This document shows, in pieces, positions 9,704 through 18,866 of a DNA stretch of 64,000 nt. A program made the position numbers and the translations under genes. Numbering within the stretch: the first letter of the stretch is position 1; every line of letters begins with the position of its first letter. The notes under the pieces were generated by a model that ran no database searches, had not been told where the DNA came from, and worked only from the letters and a program-made list of their open reading frames with translations. Source of the DNA: Deltaproteobacteria bacterium (lineage in GTDB: Bacteria > Myxococcota > Kuafuiibacteriia > Kuafuiibacteriales > Kuafuiibacteriaceae); the NCBI GenBank assembly GCA_040218735.1, contig JAVJQW010000008.1, forward strand, positions 416,001-480,000, in the 5' to 3' direction.

Positions 9704-10684
9704 ATGGAAGCCTTCCACACCCTCTACTCGACCGGGATCTGGACGATCCTCTTCCTCTACACCGCGTTCCGCTTCGTGCGGTGCGTGCGGCTGGTGCCGC
9801 AGCGCAAGGCGTACATCGTCGAGCGCCTCGGCAAGTACCACACCACGCTCGGCCCCGGGTTCCACGTGTTGATCCCGTACTTGGATCGCATCGCGTACAT
9901 CCAGGATCTGCGTGAAGAGGCGATCGAAGTGCCGCCGCAGGAGTGCTTCACCAAGGACAACGTTCGCATCGAGGTGGACGGCATCGTCTACATCAGCGTC
10001 ATCAACCCCGAGAACGCCAGCTACGGCATCACGGACTACCGCTTCGCGGCGATCCAGCTCGCGCAGACGACGACGCGCTCCGTGGTCGGTACACTCGAGC
10101 TCGACCGCACCTTCGAGGAGCGCGACGAGGTCAACTCGCGCGTGGTCGGCGTGCTCGCGGAGGTCGGCAACGCGTGGGGTATCCAGGTCCACCGTTACGA
10201 GGTGAAGAACATCGTCCCGCCGCCCACCGTGCGCGACGCGATGGAGCGCCAGATGGCCGCCGAGCGCGACCGTCGCGCGGTCCTCGCGAAGGCCGAGGGT
10301 GAGATGCGCTCGCGCATCAACGAGTCCGAGGGTCGGATGAAGGAGACGATCAACCGCTCCGAGGGTGAGAAGCAGCGGCGCATCAACGAGGCGCAGGGTC
10401 GCGCCGAGGAGATCCTCGCGGTGGCGAAGGCGACGGCCGAGTCGATCGAGAAGATCGGTGCGGCGCTCTCGCGACCGGGCGGCGTCGAGGCGACGAACCT
10501 CCGGTTGTCGCAGCAGCTGGTCACTCAGCTCGGGAACCTCGCGTCGGGCAAGCACTCGGTGCTGCTGCCGTCGGACCTCGCGAACGTCCAGAACGTGCTC
10601 GACACGGTCTCGCTCGACAACGGACCGACCAACGGCTTGGTGCGGACGGACGACCGTACGCTGCCGTCGACGCCGGCCTCGTAG
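9704..10684 (+). CDS. SPFH/band-7 (paraslipin-like) protein, second paralog
   Basis: ERLGKY, QECFTKDNV, LAQTTTRSVVG, MERQMAAERDRRA. Confidence 0.93.
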   Translation: MEAFHTLYSTGIWTILFLYTAFRFVRCVRLVPQRKAYIVERLGKYHTTLGPGFHVLIPYLDRIAYIQDLREEAIEVPPQECFTKDNVRIEVDGIVYISVINPENASYGITDYRFAAIQLAQTTTRSVVGTLELDRTFEERDEVNSRVVGVLAEVGNAWGIQVHRYEVKNIVPPPTVRDAMERQMAAERDRRAVLAKAEGEMRSRINESEGRMKETINRSEGEKQRRINEAQGRAEEILAVAKATAESIEKIGAALSRPGGVEATNLRLSQQLVTQLGNLASGKHSVLLPSDLANVQNVLDTVSLDNGPTNGLVRTDDRTLPSTPAS

Positions 10685-10686
10685 TA

Positions 10687-10717
10687 TTTGACAGGTCTAT
10701 CAAAAACGTCCCACGCT
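10687..10717 (+). promoter_or_regulatory. Putative TetR operator overlapping a sigma70-type promoter
   Basis: Imperfect palindrome TTTGACAGGTCTATCAAA (10687-10704) contains TTGACA; CACGCT (10712-10717) lies 7 nt before the TetR GTG. Confidence 0.6.
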
Positions 10718-10724
10718 CGCGGGC

Positions 10725-11303
10725 GTGGGACGTCCCCGTAAGTTCGACGAAGCCGAAGCCCTCGGCGCCGCGCTCGACGTGTTCTGGACGAGCGGCTTCG
10801 AAGGCGCCTCCACCACCGAGCTCGCGGGGCGGATGGGGATCGGCGCGCAGAGCCTCTACAACACCTTCGGCGACAAACGCGCGCTGTTCGACCGGGCGCT
10901 CGCGCACTACCGCGCGCTCTACGTCGACGCGCTCCTCGCGCCGCTCGAAGCCGCCGACGCCGGGCTCGAAGGCGTCCGTTCGTACTTCGACACCGTCGTC
11001 GAGGCGCTCGCGTCGGATCCGGCGGCGCGCGGCTGTTTCCTCGTGAAGTCGACGGTGGACCTCGGTGCGGTCGACCCCGCGATGGCCGCCCTCGCGCGTG
11101 AGCACTTCGATCGCATGGAGGCGGCGATGACGCGTGCACTCACCCGCGCGAAGAAGGACGGAATGTTGCGCTCGACGGAGCGCCCACGCGCGCTCGCGAA
11201 GCACCTCGTGGTGTGTGCGGCGGGGCTGTCGGTGCTGGCGCGCTCCGGCGCGGATCGAAAGGCGCTCCGGCAGGCGGCGCGGGTCGCGGTGAACGCACTA
11301 TGA
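10725..11303 (+). CDS. TetR/AcrR-family regulator
   Basis: GRPRKFD...VFWTSGFEGAST..L...MGIGAQSLYNTFGDKRALF; GCF motif in the C-terminal domain. Confidence 0.93.
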   Translation: MGRPRKFDEAEALGAALDVFWTSGFEGASTTELAGRMGIGAQSLYNTFGDKRALFDRALAHYRALYVDALLAPLEAADAGLEGVRSYFDTVVEALASDPAARGCFLVKSTVDLGAVDPAMAALAREHFDRMEAAMTRALTRAKKDGMLRSTERPRALAKHLVVCAAGLSVLARSGADRKALRQAARVAVNAL

Positions 11304-12115
11304 AATGGAAGTACGTCGTCGGCGCGGGCGCCGCGCTCTTGGTGGCACCGATGTTCCTCCTGGCGGACCTGACGCCTCCGGAGGTCGAGGACGGGATCAC
11401 TGCCGAGCGGGCGAAACGAGGGAGGGCGTTGCTCGAAGCGCTCGCGGTGCGTCACGGGCGCGACGTGCTCGCCGAACACCAACGTCTCGAGCTGACTCTC
11501 GTCGACACGTGGGGTGGCGTCATGGGGTCGATGTTCAACCCGTTCGCGGAGTCGACGCAGACGATGGACGTCGTGTTGGCCACGCGCGCGTGGACCGCGT
11601 CGTTTCGGCTCACCGACGGGCCGGACGCGGGCACCGAGTGGGGGATGAAGGACCTCGAGATCTATCGGCGTCCGCCGGGGGGCGCGATCGAGTCCCCGCC
11701 CGCCGAGGATCTGGACCCGATGATGAGCGCGAAGTTCCTGGTGCCGACGCTCCGCTACGTCATGGTGTTGCCCGTGGAGATCGGCAACGCCGAGCTCATC
11801 GCCGCGCTCGACCCGGTCACGGAGGAAGGACGCGCCTTCGATCGGGTCTTCGTGACCTGGGGCGCCGTCGAGGCGCACGCGGAGGACGACCAGTACATTC
11901 TGTGGATCGACCGGGCTTCCGGGCGACTCGATCGCGTCGAGTACACCGTGCGCGAGATGATGCGCAGCGCGCAGGGCCTCGCGCGGTATGAGGAATATCA
12001 CGAGACGAACGGCGCCCTCGTGCCCGCGCGTGTCACGTTACAGGCCGTGCTCCCGGGCGGACCGCTGGCTCGTTTGCATGAGTTGGACATGAATTCGCCG
12101 CGGATCGTCCGCTGA
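11300..12115 (+). CDS. Hypothetical exported protein, coupled to TetR
   Basis: ATGA overlap; N-terminal hydrophobic segment; 'DQYILWID...GRL..VEYTVR' segment. Confidence 0.75.
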   Translation: MKWKYVVGAGAALLVAPMFLLADLTPPEVEDGITAERAKRGRALLEALAVRHGRDVLAEHQRLELTLVDTWGGVMGSMFNPFAESTQTMDVVLATRAWTASFRLTDGPDAGTEWGMKDLEIYRRPPGGAIESPPAEDLDPMMSAKFLVPTLRYVMVLPVEIGNAELIAALDPVTEEGRAFDRVFVTWGAVEAHAEDDQYILWIDRASGRLDRVEYTVREMMRSAQGLARYEEYHETNGALVPARVTLQAVLPGGPLARLHELDMNSPRIVR

Positions 12116-12163
12116 CCCGAGGTTCAGGCGCCAAGTCTCGCGCAATCGACTAAAAGACTCGGC

Positions 12164-12973
12164 GTGAATACCGAACTCACCCCCGTGCGCTCTGCTGTTC
12201 TTACCGGTCTCATCCTCGCCGCCACCGCCACCACCGTCGTCGCGGGTCCCGGCATTCGACGTCGCTTCGTGCGTCCGACGCAGCCTGCGAAGGCGTTGGC
12301 GAAGTGGCACCACGTCAACGTGCGGAGCGGTGGTGTGAACCGCATCGCTTCGACGCGGCCCGACAACACCGGCGGCGCCGGATCGCTCGAGCAGATCCTC
12401 CCGGCGCACCCGTCGGCGATCGCCGAGTTCGAAGTCCTCGCGCGCGACGTGCACCCGGATCCGACGGAGGGCATCCAACCCTGGACGGGTGGCTTCGGTC
12501 TGCTCTCGCACCTCACCGAGCTGTCGTTCGACTGGTATCGCGACTCGGCGAGCGGCGCGTGGTCGCACATCACGCCGGCGCTGCGCGTGCTCGTCTGGGA
12601 TCCCGACGCGGGCCTCAACGGCGGCACGTACCTGCTGACCTGGGAGGGCGTCTACAACGGCTACTCACAGCCGGGCGTCGGCGTCCCCGTCGACCAATGG
12701 GTGCACGCGGAAATCACGAACGACAACTTCTGGCGCATCCCGATCTACGTGGACGGCGAGTGGGTCGGCCCCGACTTCTGCAGCGCGAACCCGCTCGAGT
12801 GTTACCAGTACGGCAACGAGCTCGGCGACTGGGGCTTCGGCCCGAGCGCGCGCGTCGTCGGCCTGAGCGTCGCGGTCGGCGGCGGCTGGAACGGCGACTA
12901 CCACGGGTTCATCGACAACGTGGCGATCGACTTCGCCGGTCAGCGCAAGCGGCTCTGGAACTTCGAGCCCTGA
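12164..12973 (+). CDS. Hypothetical secreted beta-rich protein
   Basis: Signal-like N-terminus; Trp/Gly-rich body (LSFDWYRDS, LTWEGVYNG); good codon bias. Confidence 0.75.
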   Translation: MNTELTPVRSAVLTGLILAATATTVVAGPGIRRRFVRPTQPAKALAKWHHVNVRSGGVNRIASTRPDNTGGAGSLEQILPAHPSAIAEFEVLARDVHPDPTEGIQPWTGGFGLLSHLTELSFDWYRDSASGAWSHITPALRVLVWDPDAGLNGGTYLLTWEGVYNGYSQPGVGVPVDQWVHAEITNDNFWRIPIYVDGEWVGPDFCSANPLECYQYGNELGDWGFGPSARVVGLSVAVGGGWNGDYHGFIDNVAIDFAGQRKRLWNFEP

Positions 12974-12977
12974 TCCG

Positions 12978-13787
12978 TCAGCCCGCGTCGGGGAGGGTGA
13001 CGTCGACGAGCCAGTAGTGACTGTCGATCGCCCACCCTTCGACGCCCGGCGCTGACGCGGCCGCGAGCACTTCGACGCTCGCCTCCTTCACGCGTGCCCA
13101 CGCGCCCTCGATGTCCGCGAGTCCGCGCCGCATCGCGCGCCACGCGGGGTGGTTCGTCTCTTGGTCCTCGAACCACGCCGCCGCCGACGGCGCAGTCATC
13201 CGGTGCGTGCGGCGCACGAGCGTGAGGTCGACGCCGGGCCACATCTTCGACAGCCAGTTCCCGTCGCCCCACAGCAGCTCCTCGCTGGGCGGCGCTTCGT
13301 CGGCGGATTCATCGGAGGGCGGACGCACCTCGGACGCGACCCTCATCATCGCTTCGTAGGAGTCGTTGAGGGGGCCCTCGGCCATCCACGTCGTGAAGAC
13401 GATGCGACCGCCCGGGCGCACGACGCGCCGCAGCTCACGGATGCAGTCGCGCGCGTCGGGCGCGAAGATGATCGAGAAGATCGCGATCGCGGCGTCCTGG
13501 CTGTGGTCGCCGAGCGGCAACGCGCCGCCGCTGCCGGCGCGCCAGTCGACGACGAGCCCTTCGTGGGCAGCGCGCTTTGACGCCACGCCCAACAGACGCT
13601 CCGCCGGATCGATCCCGGTGAGCGTCGCCCCGCGCCGCGCGGCGGCGAGCGCGCCGTTACCGGTGCCGCACCCCACGTCGACGATCCGCGTTCCGGTCGT
13701 GGGCGCGAGGTGCGCCACGACCTCGTCGCTCACGGAGAGCAGCGTCGTCGCGGTCCGCTCGTAGTGACCATCACCCCAGTCGAACAT
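12978..13787 (-). CDS. Class I SAM-dependent methyltransferase
   Basis: IVDVGCGTGNG motif I; ELRRVVRPGGRIVFTTW. Confidence 0.9.
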   Translation of the reverse strand: MFDWGDGHYERTATTLLSVSDEVVAHLAPTTGTRIVDVGCGTGNGALAAARRGATLTGIDPAERLLGVASKRAAHEGLVVDWRAGSGGALPLGDHSQDAAIAIFSIIFAPDARDCIRELRRVVRPGGRIVFTTWMAEGPLNDSYEAMMRVASEVRPPSDESADEAPPSEELLWGDGNWLSKMWPGVDLTLVRRTHRMTAPSAAAWFEDQETNHPAWRAMRRGLADIEGAWARVKEASVEVLAAASAPGVEGWAIDSHYWLVDVTLPDAG

Positions 13788-13822
13788 CGTGGAACGCGTA
13801 GCGCATCGATCGCGGCCGGTCA

Positions 13823-15322
13823 CTAAGCGCTCTGAACCCAGCGCGCGACCGTTCTTCGATCGATGCCCAGGATGGCGCCGGCCTCTTTGAAGCTACCGGT
13901 GCGTTCGTAGACGAGGTTGACGTAGGCTCGCGTGACCTCATCCAGGGACATCCGGCCCTCGAGGACCTCGGCGCCGAAGCCGGGGGCAGTCGTGCGGCGT
14001 GGTTGGTACTGACGTCGGATCAGGACATTGCGGACGCATTGTTCGAGCTCCCGCACGTTGCCGGGCCACGTGTAGTCCGGCGGGATGTTCGCCGTGATGA
14101 AGCCGAAGACCTCGTCCGCGACGGCGGGCCCTTCGTCCGCTCCGGCGATCCGGATGGCCAAGAAGAGGACGAGGTCTTCGAGCTCGTCGATGTCGTCACG
14201 CAGACGGTCGACCAGCGGTGGTGTCTCCAGGACGTCCGCGCACAGGCGGTAGTACAGATCCTCCCGGAACCGCTCGTCGAGCATTCGGGCCTCGAGGTCC
14301 CGATGCGTTGCGGCGAGGATCTTTCCCGAGAAGGGGCGCGGTGTAGCGTCACCGACGCGCGAGTACGACCGCGTCTGTAACAACCGCAACAGCTTCACCT
14401 GGAGTGAGGGGTCGAGGTCTCCGATCTCGTCGAGGAAGATCGCGCCGGTCTCGGGGACGACGTCCAAGAACCCGGCGCGGTCCGCCGCGGCCCCGGTGAA
14501 GGCACCTCTTGCGTGTCCGAACAGCTCCGACTCCAACAGTGTGGGCGCGAGCGCCGCGACATTGATCGGCACGAAGCGGCCATCGATCGGGCCTGGGAAC
14601 GACTTCGTCTTCGGGTCGAATGCGAGATACCCAGACAGTGCGATCGCGCGGGCCACCAACTCCTTGCCCGTGCCGGACGGCCCAAGGACGAGCGTGGGGG
14701 TGTCGCTCATCCTGGCGTACATCGAACGGTGATGGCGTCGGAGATCGTGCGTGAAGATCGAGCGCCAGATATCGGAGCGCAGGCGCGCCGTGGGCCGTGA
14801 GCTGCCGATGACGTGGGTGAACACATGGTGGAACGCGCGACGGATCTGGAACAGCGTCGAGTACAGGTGGGGGAGCTCGTCGGGGGTGACGAGGTTGGTC
14901 TGCACGAGCAGAGCGACCGCGTCGCGTTCGAAGTTGTCGTACCCGCCCGCGCGGAGCCTCGATGTGGCGTGCTCCGACGCCATCGTCAGCTCGGTGAGCG
15001 CGACTTCGTTGCGCGAGTAGAGCGCGTACCGCGCCACGTCGAGATAGAGAGCTCGGTCTTCGTCGGAGGGGGGACGCGCAGGGTCGTAGCGCGCGCGGAG
15101 GGTCTGCGTCGTGCTCCAGACGACATCGTCGACACGGAAGGCGTTCTCGCTCGGCGCACCCCCGAGGGCTGATCGGTAGCGCCACAGGCCGGCCCCCTGG
15201 ACGAAGTCGGCTCCGAGCAGCCTTCGCTCGAGCGCCACCCGCTCTTCGAGGAACGGGTTCGCGGTGGCGAGCCCGGCGATCAGTCGCGCGCGCTCCCGCG
15301 CGTCTTCCGACGGAAACAGCAT
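13823..15322 (-). CDS. Sigma54-dependent enhancer-binding protein with unrecognised N-terminal domain
   Basis: Walker A GPSGTGKE, ESELFGHARGAFTGA, Walker B FLDEIGD, FREDLYYRL, WPGNVRELE, C-terminal HTH. Confidence 0.92.
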   Translation of the reverse strand: MLFPSEDARERARLIAGLATANPFLEERVALERRLLGADFVQGAGLWRYRSALGGAPSENAFRVDDVVWSTTQTLRARYDPARPPSDEDRALYLDVARYALYSRNEVALTELTMASEHATSRLRAGGYDNFERDAVALLVQTNLVTPDELPHLYSTLFQIRRAFHHVFTHVIGSSRPTARLRSDIWRSIFTHDLRRHHRSMYARMSDTPTLVLGPSGTGKELVARAIALSGYLAFDPKTKSFPGPIDGRFVPINVAALAPTLLESELFGHARGAFTGAAADRAGFLDVVPETGAIFLDEIGDLDPSLQVKLLRLLQTRSYSRVGDATPRPFSGKILAATHRDLEARMLDERFREDLYYRLCADVLETPPLVDRLRDDIDELEDLVLFLAIRIAGADEGPAVADEVFGFITANIPPDYTWPGNVRELEQCVRNVLIRRQYQPRRTTAPGFGAEVLEGRMSLDEVTRAYVNLVYERTGSFKEAGAILGIDRRTVARWVQSA

Positions 15323-15335
15323 CGAGTACAATCAG

Positions 15336-15352
15336 TGTACTCAATGTGTACA
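15336..15352. promoter_or_regulatory. Candidate enhancer (UAS): TGTAC-N7-GTACA inverted repeat
   Basis: TGTACTCAATGTGTACA lies between the EBP start and the sigma54 promoter; extra GTACA at 15326-15330. Confidence 0.5.
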
Positions 15353-15402
15353 TCCTGTGCTCGAGCCCGCACGACGCCCTGATTTCCGGCACCTAGGGGG
15401 CA

Positions 15403-15418
15403 TGGCACGACCGGTGCT
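15403..15418 (+). promoter_or_regulatory. Sigma54 -24/-12 promoter
   Basis: TGGCACG-ACCG-GTGCT matches TGGCACG-N4-TTGCW with one mismatch; divergent from a GAFTGA-containing EBP. Confidence 0.8.
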
Positions 15419-15430
15419 CTAGGCCTGAGC

Positions 15431-16066
15431 ATGGAAACGAACCACGCGCACAACCACCATTCACATCGCCGCGACTGCGGAGTTGCGGCGCAAGACCTCA
15501 TCGACAAGTCCGGCTACGCGGCGGCTGCGCTGACGCTGATACCGCTGCCCGGCAGCGAGATCGTCGCAGTCATGCCCATCCACGTGGGGATGGTCGTCGG
15601 TGTCGGCGCGATCTACGGGCAGAGCGTCACCAAGAAGGCGGCCACGGACATGGTCGTGCAGATCTGCACCACCGTTGGCATGTCGCTGGTGGGCAGCCGG
15701 ATCGCGACCACCGCCGCCAAGGTGCTCCTCCCCGGGCTCGGCGGCTTCGTCGCGGCGCCGTTCATGTTCGCGTCGACGCTCGCGATCGGTGCAGTCGCTC
15801 GCGCCTACTTCGAGTCTGGCTGCTCGATGTCCGACGCTGAGATGCGATCGGTCTACGAACGCGCCCAGCGCAGCGCGCGGTCTTCGTTCGACGCGTCACG
15901 CATGCGCTCCGAGGAGGCGAGGGACGCGGCCGAGGCCGCCGCAACGCAGGACGTGGCCGAGGATCCCAGCGAACGACTCGAGAAGCTCCGCCGCCTCCTC
16001 GACGACGGTCTGATCGACCAGAGTGAGTACGACGAGACCAAGGCTCGAGTCCTCTCGGAGCTGTAG
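15431..16066 (+). CDS. DUF697/YcjF-like protein with C-terminal SHOCT domain
   Basis: AAAALTLIPLPGSE...MVVGVGAIYG; SHOCT-like ERLEKLRRLLDDGLIDQSEYDETKARVL. Confidence 0.75.
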   Translation: METNHAHNHHSHRRDCGVAAQDLIDKSGYAAAALTLIPLPGSEIVAVMPIHVGMVVGVGAIYGQSVTKKAATDMVVQICTTVGMSLVGSRIATTAAKVLLPGLGGFVAAPFMFASTLAIGAVARAYFESGCSMSDAEMRSVYERAQRSARSSFDASRMRSEEARDAAEAAATQDVAEDPSERLEKLRRLLDDGLIDQSEYDETKARVLSEL

Positions 16067-16075
16067 AGGAGATCG

Positions 16076-16462
16076 ATGATGAAACAGCGGCCCCTCGGTC
16101 TTCTCGTCATCTGCGCCATGGGCGTGGTCGGCGTGATCGCGCAGATCATCCTCGGCGCGATCTGCATGTTCGGAATACTGCTCCACGCCCACTCGGTCAC
16201 CTATCTCCGCGAAGGCGACTCGGCGATCGTCCTTATCGCGGTGATTGCCGGGCTCAACTGCTGGGCCGCCGCACTCGTCGGGGCCAAGCTCGTACACGGC
16301 TTGTATCACCTGCGGCGGTGGGCGCGTACGGCGGTGATGGTGCTCTCGCTCGTCCTACTGGCAAGCGTGCCGTTCCTGTTCAACTACGTGACGCTGCTCG
16401 TTGGGGGCTTCACGTTGGCCTATCTCGCGTTGGCCCCGACGGTTCGAACGTCGTTCCGATGA
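16076..16462 (+). CDS. Small integral membrane protein (about 4 TM)
   Basis: SD GAGGAG; RPLGL N-terminus; four hydrophobic segments. Confidence 0.7.
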   Translation: MMKQRPLGLLVICAMGVVGVIAQIILGAICMFGILLHAHSVTYLREGDSAIVLIAVIAGLNCWAAALVGAKLVHGLYHLRRWARTAVMVLSLVLLASVPFLFNYVTLLVGGFTLAYLALAPTVRTSFR

Positions 16463-16701
16463 AGGCAGGGTTCGTCACGTCGATGCGTCCGCGAGCGACA
16501 GCTCGAAGTTCAACACGCCGGCCGCGTGCGCCGCCGCGCTCACCGCGAAGGCGACCGCCTGCTTAGGGCGCTGCAGCTGACGCGCTCACGCTACGTTGGC
16601 GGAGCCTGCGGTGTCGATACATGTGTATCGGCACATCTAATGTGTCGATTGCCGATGCATCCGGATTCGTGGGCCGGGCGACGTGCCTCGACCCGTCCTC
16701 C

Positions 16702-17151
16702 TCAGTCGCAGTTGGTGCTGCTCGCGATCGTCGCCATCGAGAAGTCTGCGCCGGTCGCGCCGGTGCAGTTCGAGCTGGCGATGTCGGCGTTCGTGAAGTC
16801 CGCCCCCTCGAGCTTGGCGTTCGAGAAGTTGGCGCTCGCGATGTCGGCGTTCGTGAAGTTGGCGTTGGTCAGGTCCGCGTTGCTGAAGTTCGAGGACGCG
16901 ATGTCCGCGCGGTTCAGGTCGGCGCCCGCGAGGTTGGCGTTGGCGAAGTTCACGCTGGAGAGGTTGGAGCCCGAGAGGTCGACGCCGGAGAGGTCGGCGT
17001 TCGAGAGGTTGGAGCTCTGGAGGTTTTCACCCGCGAGGTTGCAGCCGGTGAGATCCATTCCATCGTAGTTGCCGGCGACGTCGTTGCTCGGGCAGTCGCC
17101 GCCGCACGCGATGGCGGAGAGGAGAACCATGGACAGGAGGATGTGCTTCAT
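16702..17151 (-). CDS. Pentapeptide-repeat lipoprotein
   Basis: Lipobox AIAC; tandem A(D/N)(L/F)xx pentapeptides. Confidence 0.9.
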   Translation of the reverse strand: MKHILLSMVLLSAIACGGDCPSNDVAGNYDGMDLTGCNLAGENLQSSNLSNADLSGVDLSGSNLSSVNFANANLAGADLNRADIASSNFSNADLTNANFTNADIASANFSNAKLEGADFTNADIASSNCTGATGADFSMATIASSTNCD

Positions 17152-17366
17152 CGCGCGGAGGGTAATGCATCTCGGGGGCCAGCGCGCGTCGCCGGCCGCC
17201 GTGCCTCTCGAGTGCCAAGCCGGGTGAGCACGCGCCGTGGACAGGATGATCGCGCGTGCGCCGAATCACGAATCGGCGCCTGGGTTTGGGGGTGCGCGGT
17301 CGACTTCACACTTCCTCGCCCAGGACGCTGGACGGATCGGCGTGCGTCGGCGGTATGATGAATTTC

Positions 17367-18866
17367 GTGGCCGGCCCCGCCCGTTGGATATTCCCCTGCG
17401 CGTTCCTCTCGGCGGCGGCCTGTGTGCCGCACGGGTTGGTCGGGGGGCAGCAGGCCATCGCGAATCGCGACGGTGGTGTGTATGTCGCGGAGGACGGCGC
17501 CGTGTTGCCGATCGACTCCGGCGTTCCGCCCGATCACGACGGTGGTCCGCCGCGCGACGCTGGTCCGCCGCGCGACGCGGGCCCCTGGACGCCGCCGCCC
17601 GGGGGCGCCGAGGGATCGCTCGGTGCGTTCCCCGGTGCGCAGGGCTTCGGGACCGAGACGGTCGGAGGTCGTGGCGGTCAGATCCTGCACGTGACGACGC
17701 TGAGCTGGGACGGCCCCGGCTCGTTCTCCGAGGCGCTCTACACCCCGGGCGCGCGCATCATCGTGTTCGAGGTGAGCGGCGTGATCGACGTGCCCGACGT
17801 CGGACGTGAGATGGGACCAGAGCACTCGTTCCTGACGATCGCCGGGCAGACGTCACCGGGGGGCATCACGTTCCGCGGCAACGGCGTCGGCGGACCGACG
17901 TTGTTCTTCTACGCGCCGCAGGCGCCGGACGATCGAAAGCTGCACGACGTCATCGTGCGGTTCGTCCGCTTCCGCGGCCACGGCAACACGGACAACGTGA
18001 CGATCGCGGGTGCGCATCACCTCGTGTTCGATCACTGCGACTTCTCGGGCGCCGACGACGAAGCGCTCGACATCACCTACGCACACGACGTGACGATCTC
18101 CTGGAGCACCGTCGCGAACAGCGGGCCGGGCAGCCACTACGGCTTCCTGTTCGCGTACGCGCCGAGCACGCGCTTTTCGTATCACCACAACCTCAGCGCG
18201 AATCACGCGAACCGTTGCGGCGCAAACATCCACTGGGACGAGGGTGGGCCGCCGGCCGAGGGCGTCGACATCGACATCCGCAACAACGTCCTGCACAACT
18301 GCGGCAACGAGTCGTTCTTCCACTTCTGGACGGGTGACTGGTCGCCGGGCACGGTGCGCGCGAACTTCGTCGGCAACACGATGTCCGAGGGCCCCAACAC
18401 CCACAACGGCTCGGTCGCGATGTTCGGACTCGACCGTCCCGTCGCGGTGTTCGCCGACGACAACAGCTACCCCGGCTATCCGCTGCACCCGGACTGGGGG
18501 AATCCGGAGCTGGTCGGTTCGGCGCACCCGATGGCGCCCGTCGACACGGCGCCGCACGCCGACGCCTACGAGCGGGTGCTCGCGCGGGCAGGCGCGTGGC
18601 CGCGCGACGCGATGAACGTGCGCACGGTCGGCCAGGTTCGATCCGGCGAAGGCGGCTACGGCCTGGTGAACGACCCGGTGATCGAGTCGGGCCCGCCGCC
18701 GCCGGCCGACGTGGATCGCGACGGGATGCCGGACGCGTGGGAGGAGATGAACGGCCTGGTCGTCGGCACCGACGACTCGGCGGGGGATCTCGACGACGAC
18801 GGGTGGACGAACATCGAGGAGTACCTCGAAGCGCGCGCGCAGAGCCTGATCGGCGTGACGCCTTAG
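17367..18866 (+). CDS. Pectate-lyase-like (PL1-type) lipoprotein
   Basis: AFPGAQGFG..TVGGRGG, GSFSEAL, TIAGQTSPGG, DHCDFS; C-terminal DRDGMPDAWE...DDDGWTNIEEYL. Start placed at GTG 7 nt after TATGAT (alternative ATG at 17355). Confidence 0.85.
   Translation: MAGPARWIFPCAFLSAAACVPHGLVGGQQAIANRDGGVYVAEDGAVLPIDSGVPPDHDGGPPRDAGPPRDAGPWTPPPGGAEGSLGAFPGAQGFGTETVGGRGGQILHVTTLSWDGPGSFSEALYTPGARIIVFEVSGVIDVPDVGREMGPEHSFLTIAGQTSPGGITFRGNGVGGPTLFFYAPQAPDDRKLHDVIVRFVRFRGHGNTDNVTIAGAHHLVFDHCDFSGADDEALDITYAHDVTISWSTVANSGPGSHYGFLFAYAPSTRFSYHHNLSANHANRCGANIHWDEGGPPAEGVDIDIRNNVLHNCGNESFFHFWTGDWSPGTVRANFVGNTMSEGPNTHNGSVAMFGLDRPVAVFADDNSYPGYPLHPDWGNPELVGSAHPMAPVDTAPHADAYERVLARAGAWPRDAMNVRTVGQVRSGEGGYGLVNDPVIESGPPPPADVDRDGMPDAWEEMNGLVVGTDDSAGDLDDDGWTNIEEYLEARAQSLIGVTP

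Noticed and set aside
17202-17218. TTGGCACTCGAGAGGCA (minus strand) as a sigma54 promoter for the pentapeptide gene
   Set aside because: GG/GC spacing is right but the -12 box is poor, and the gene already has a TACCCT-N7-ATG promoter; too weak to call.
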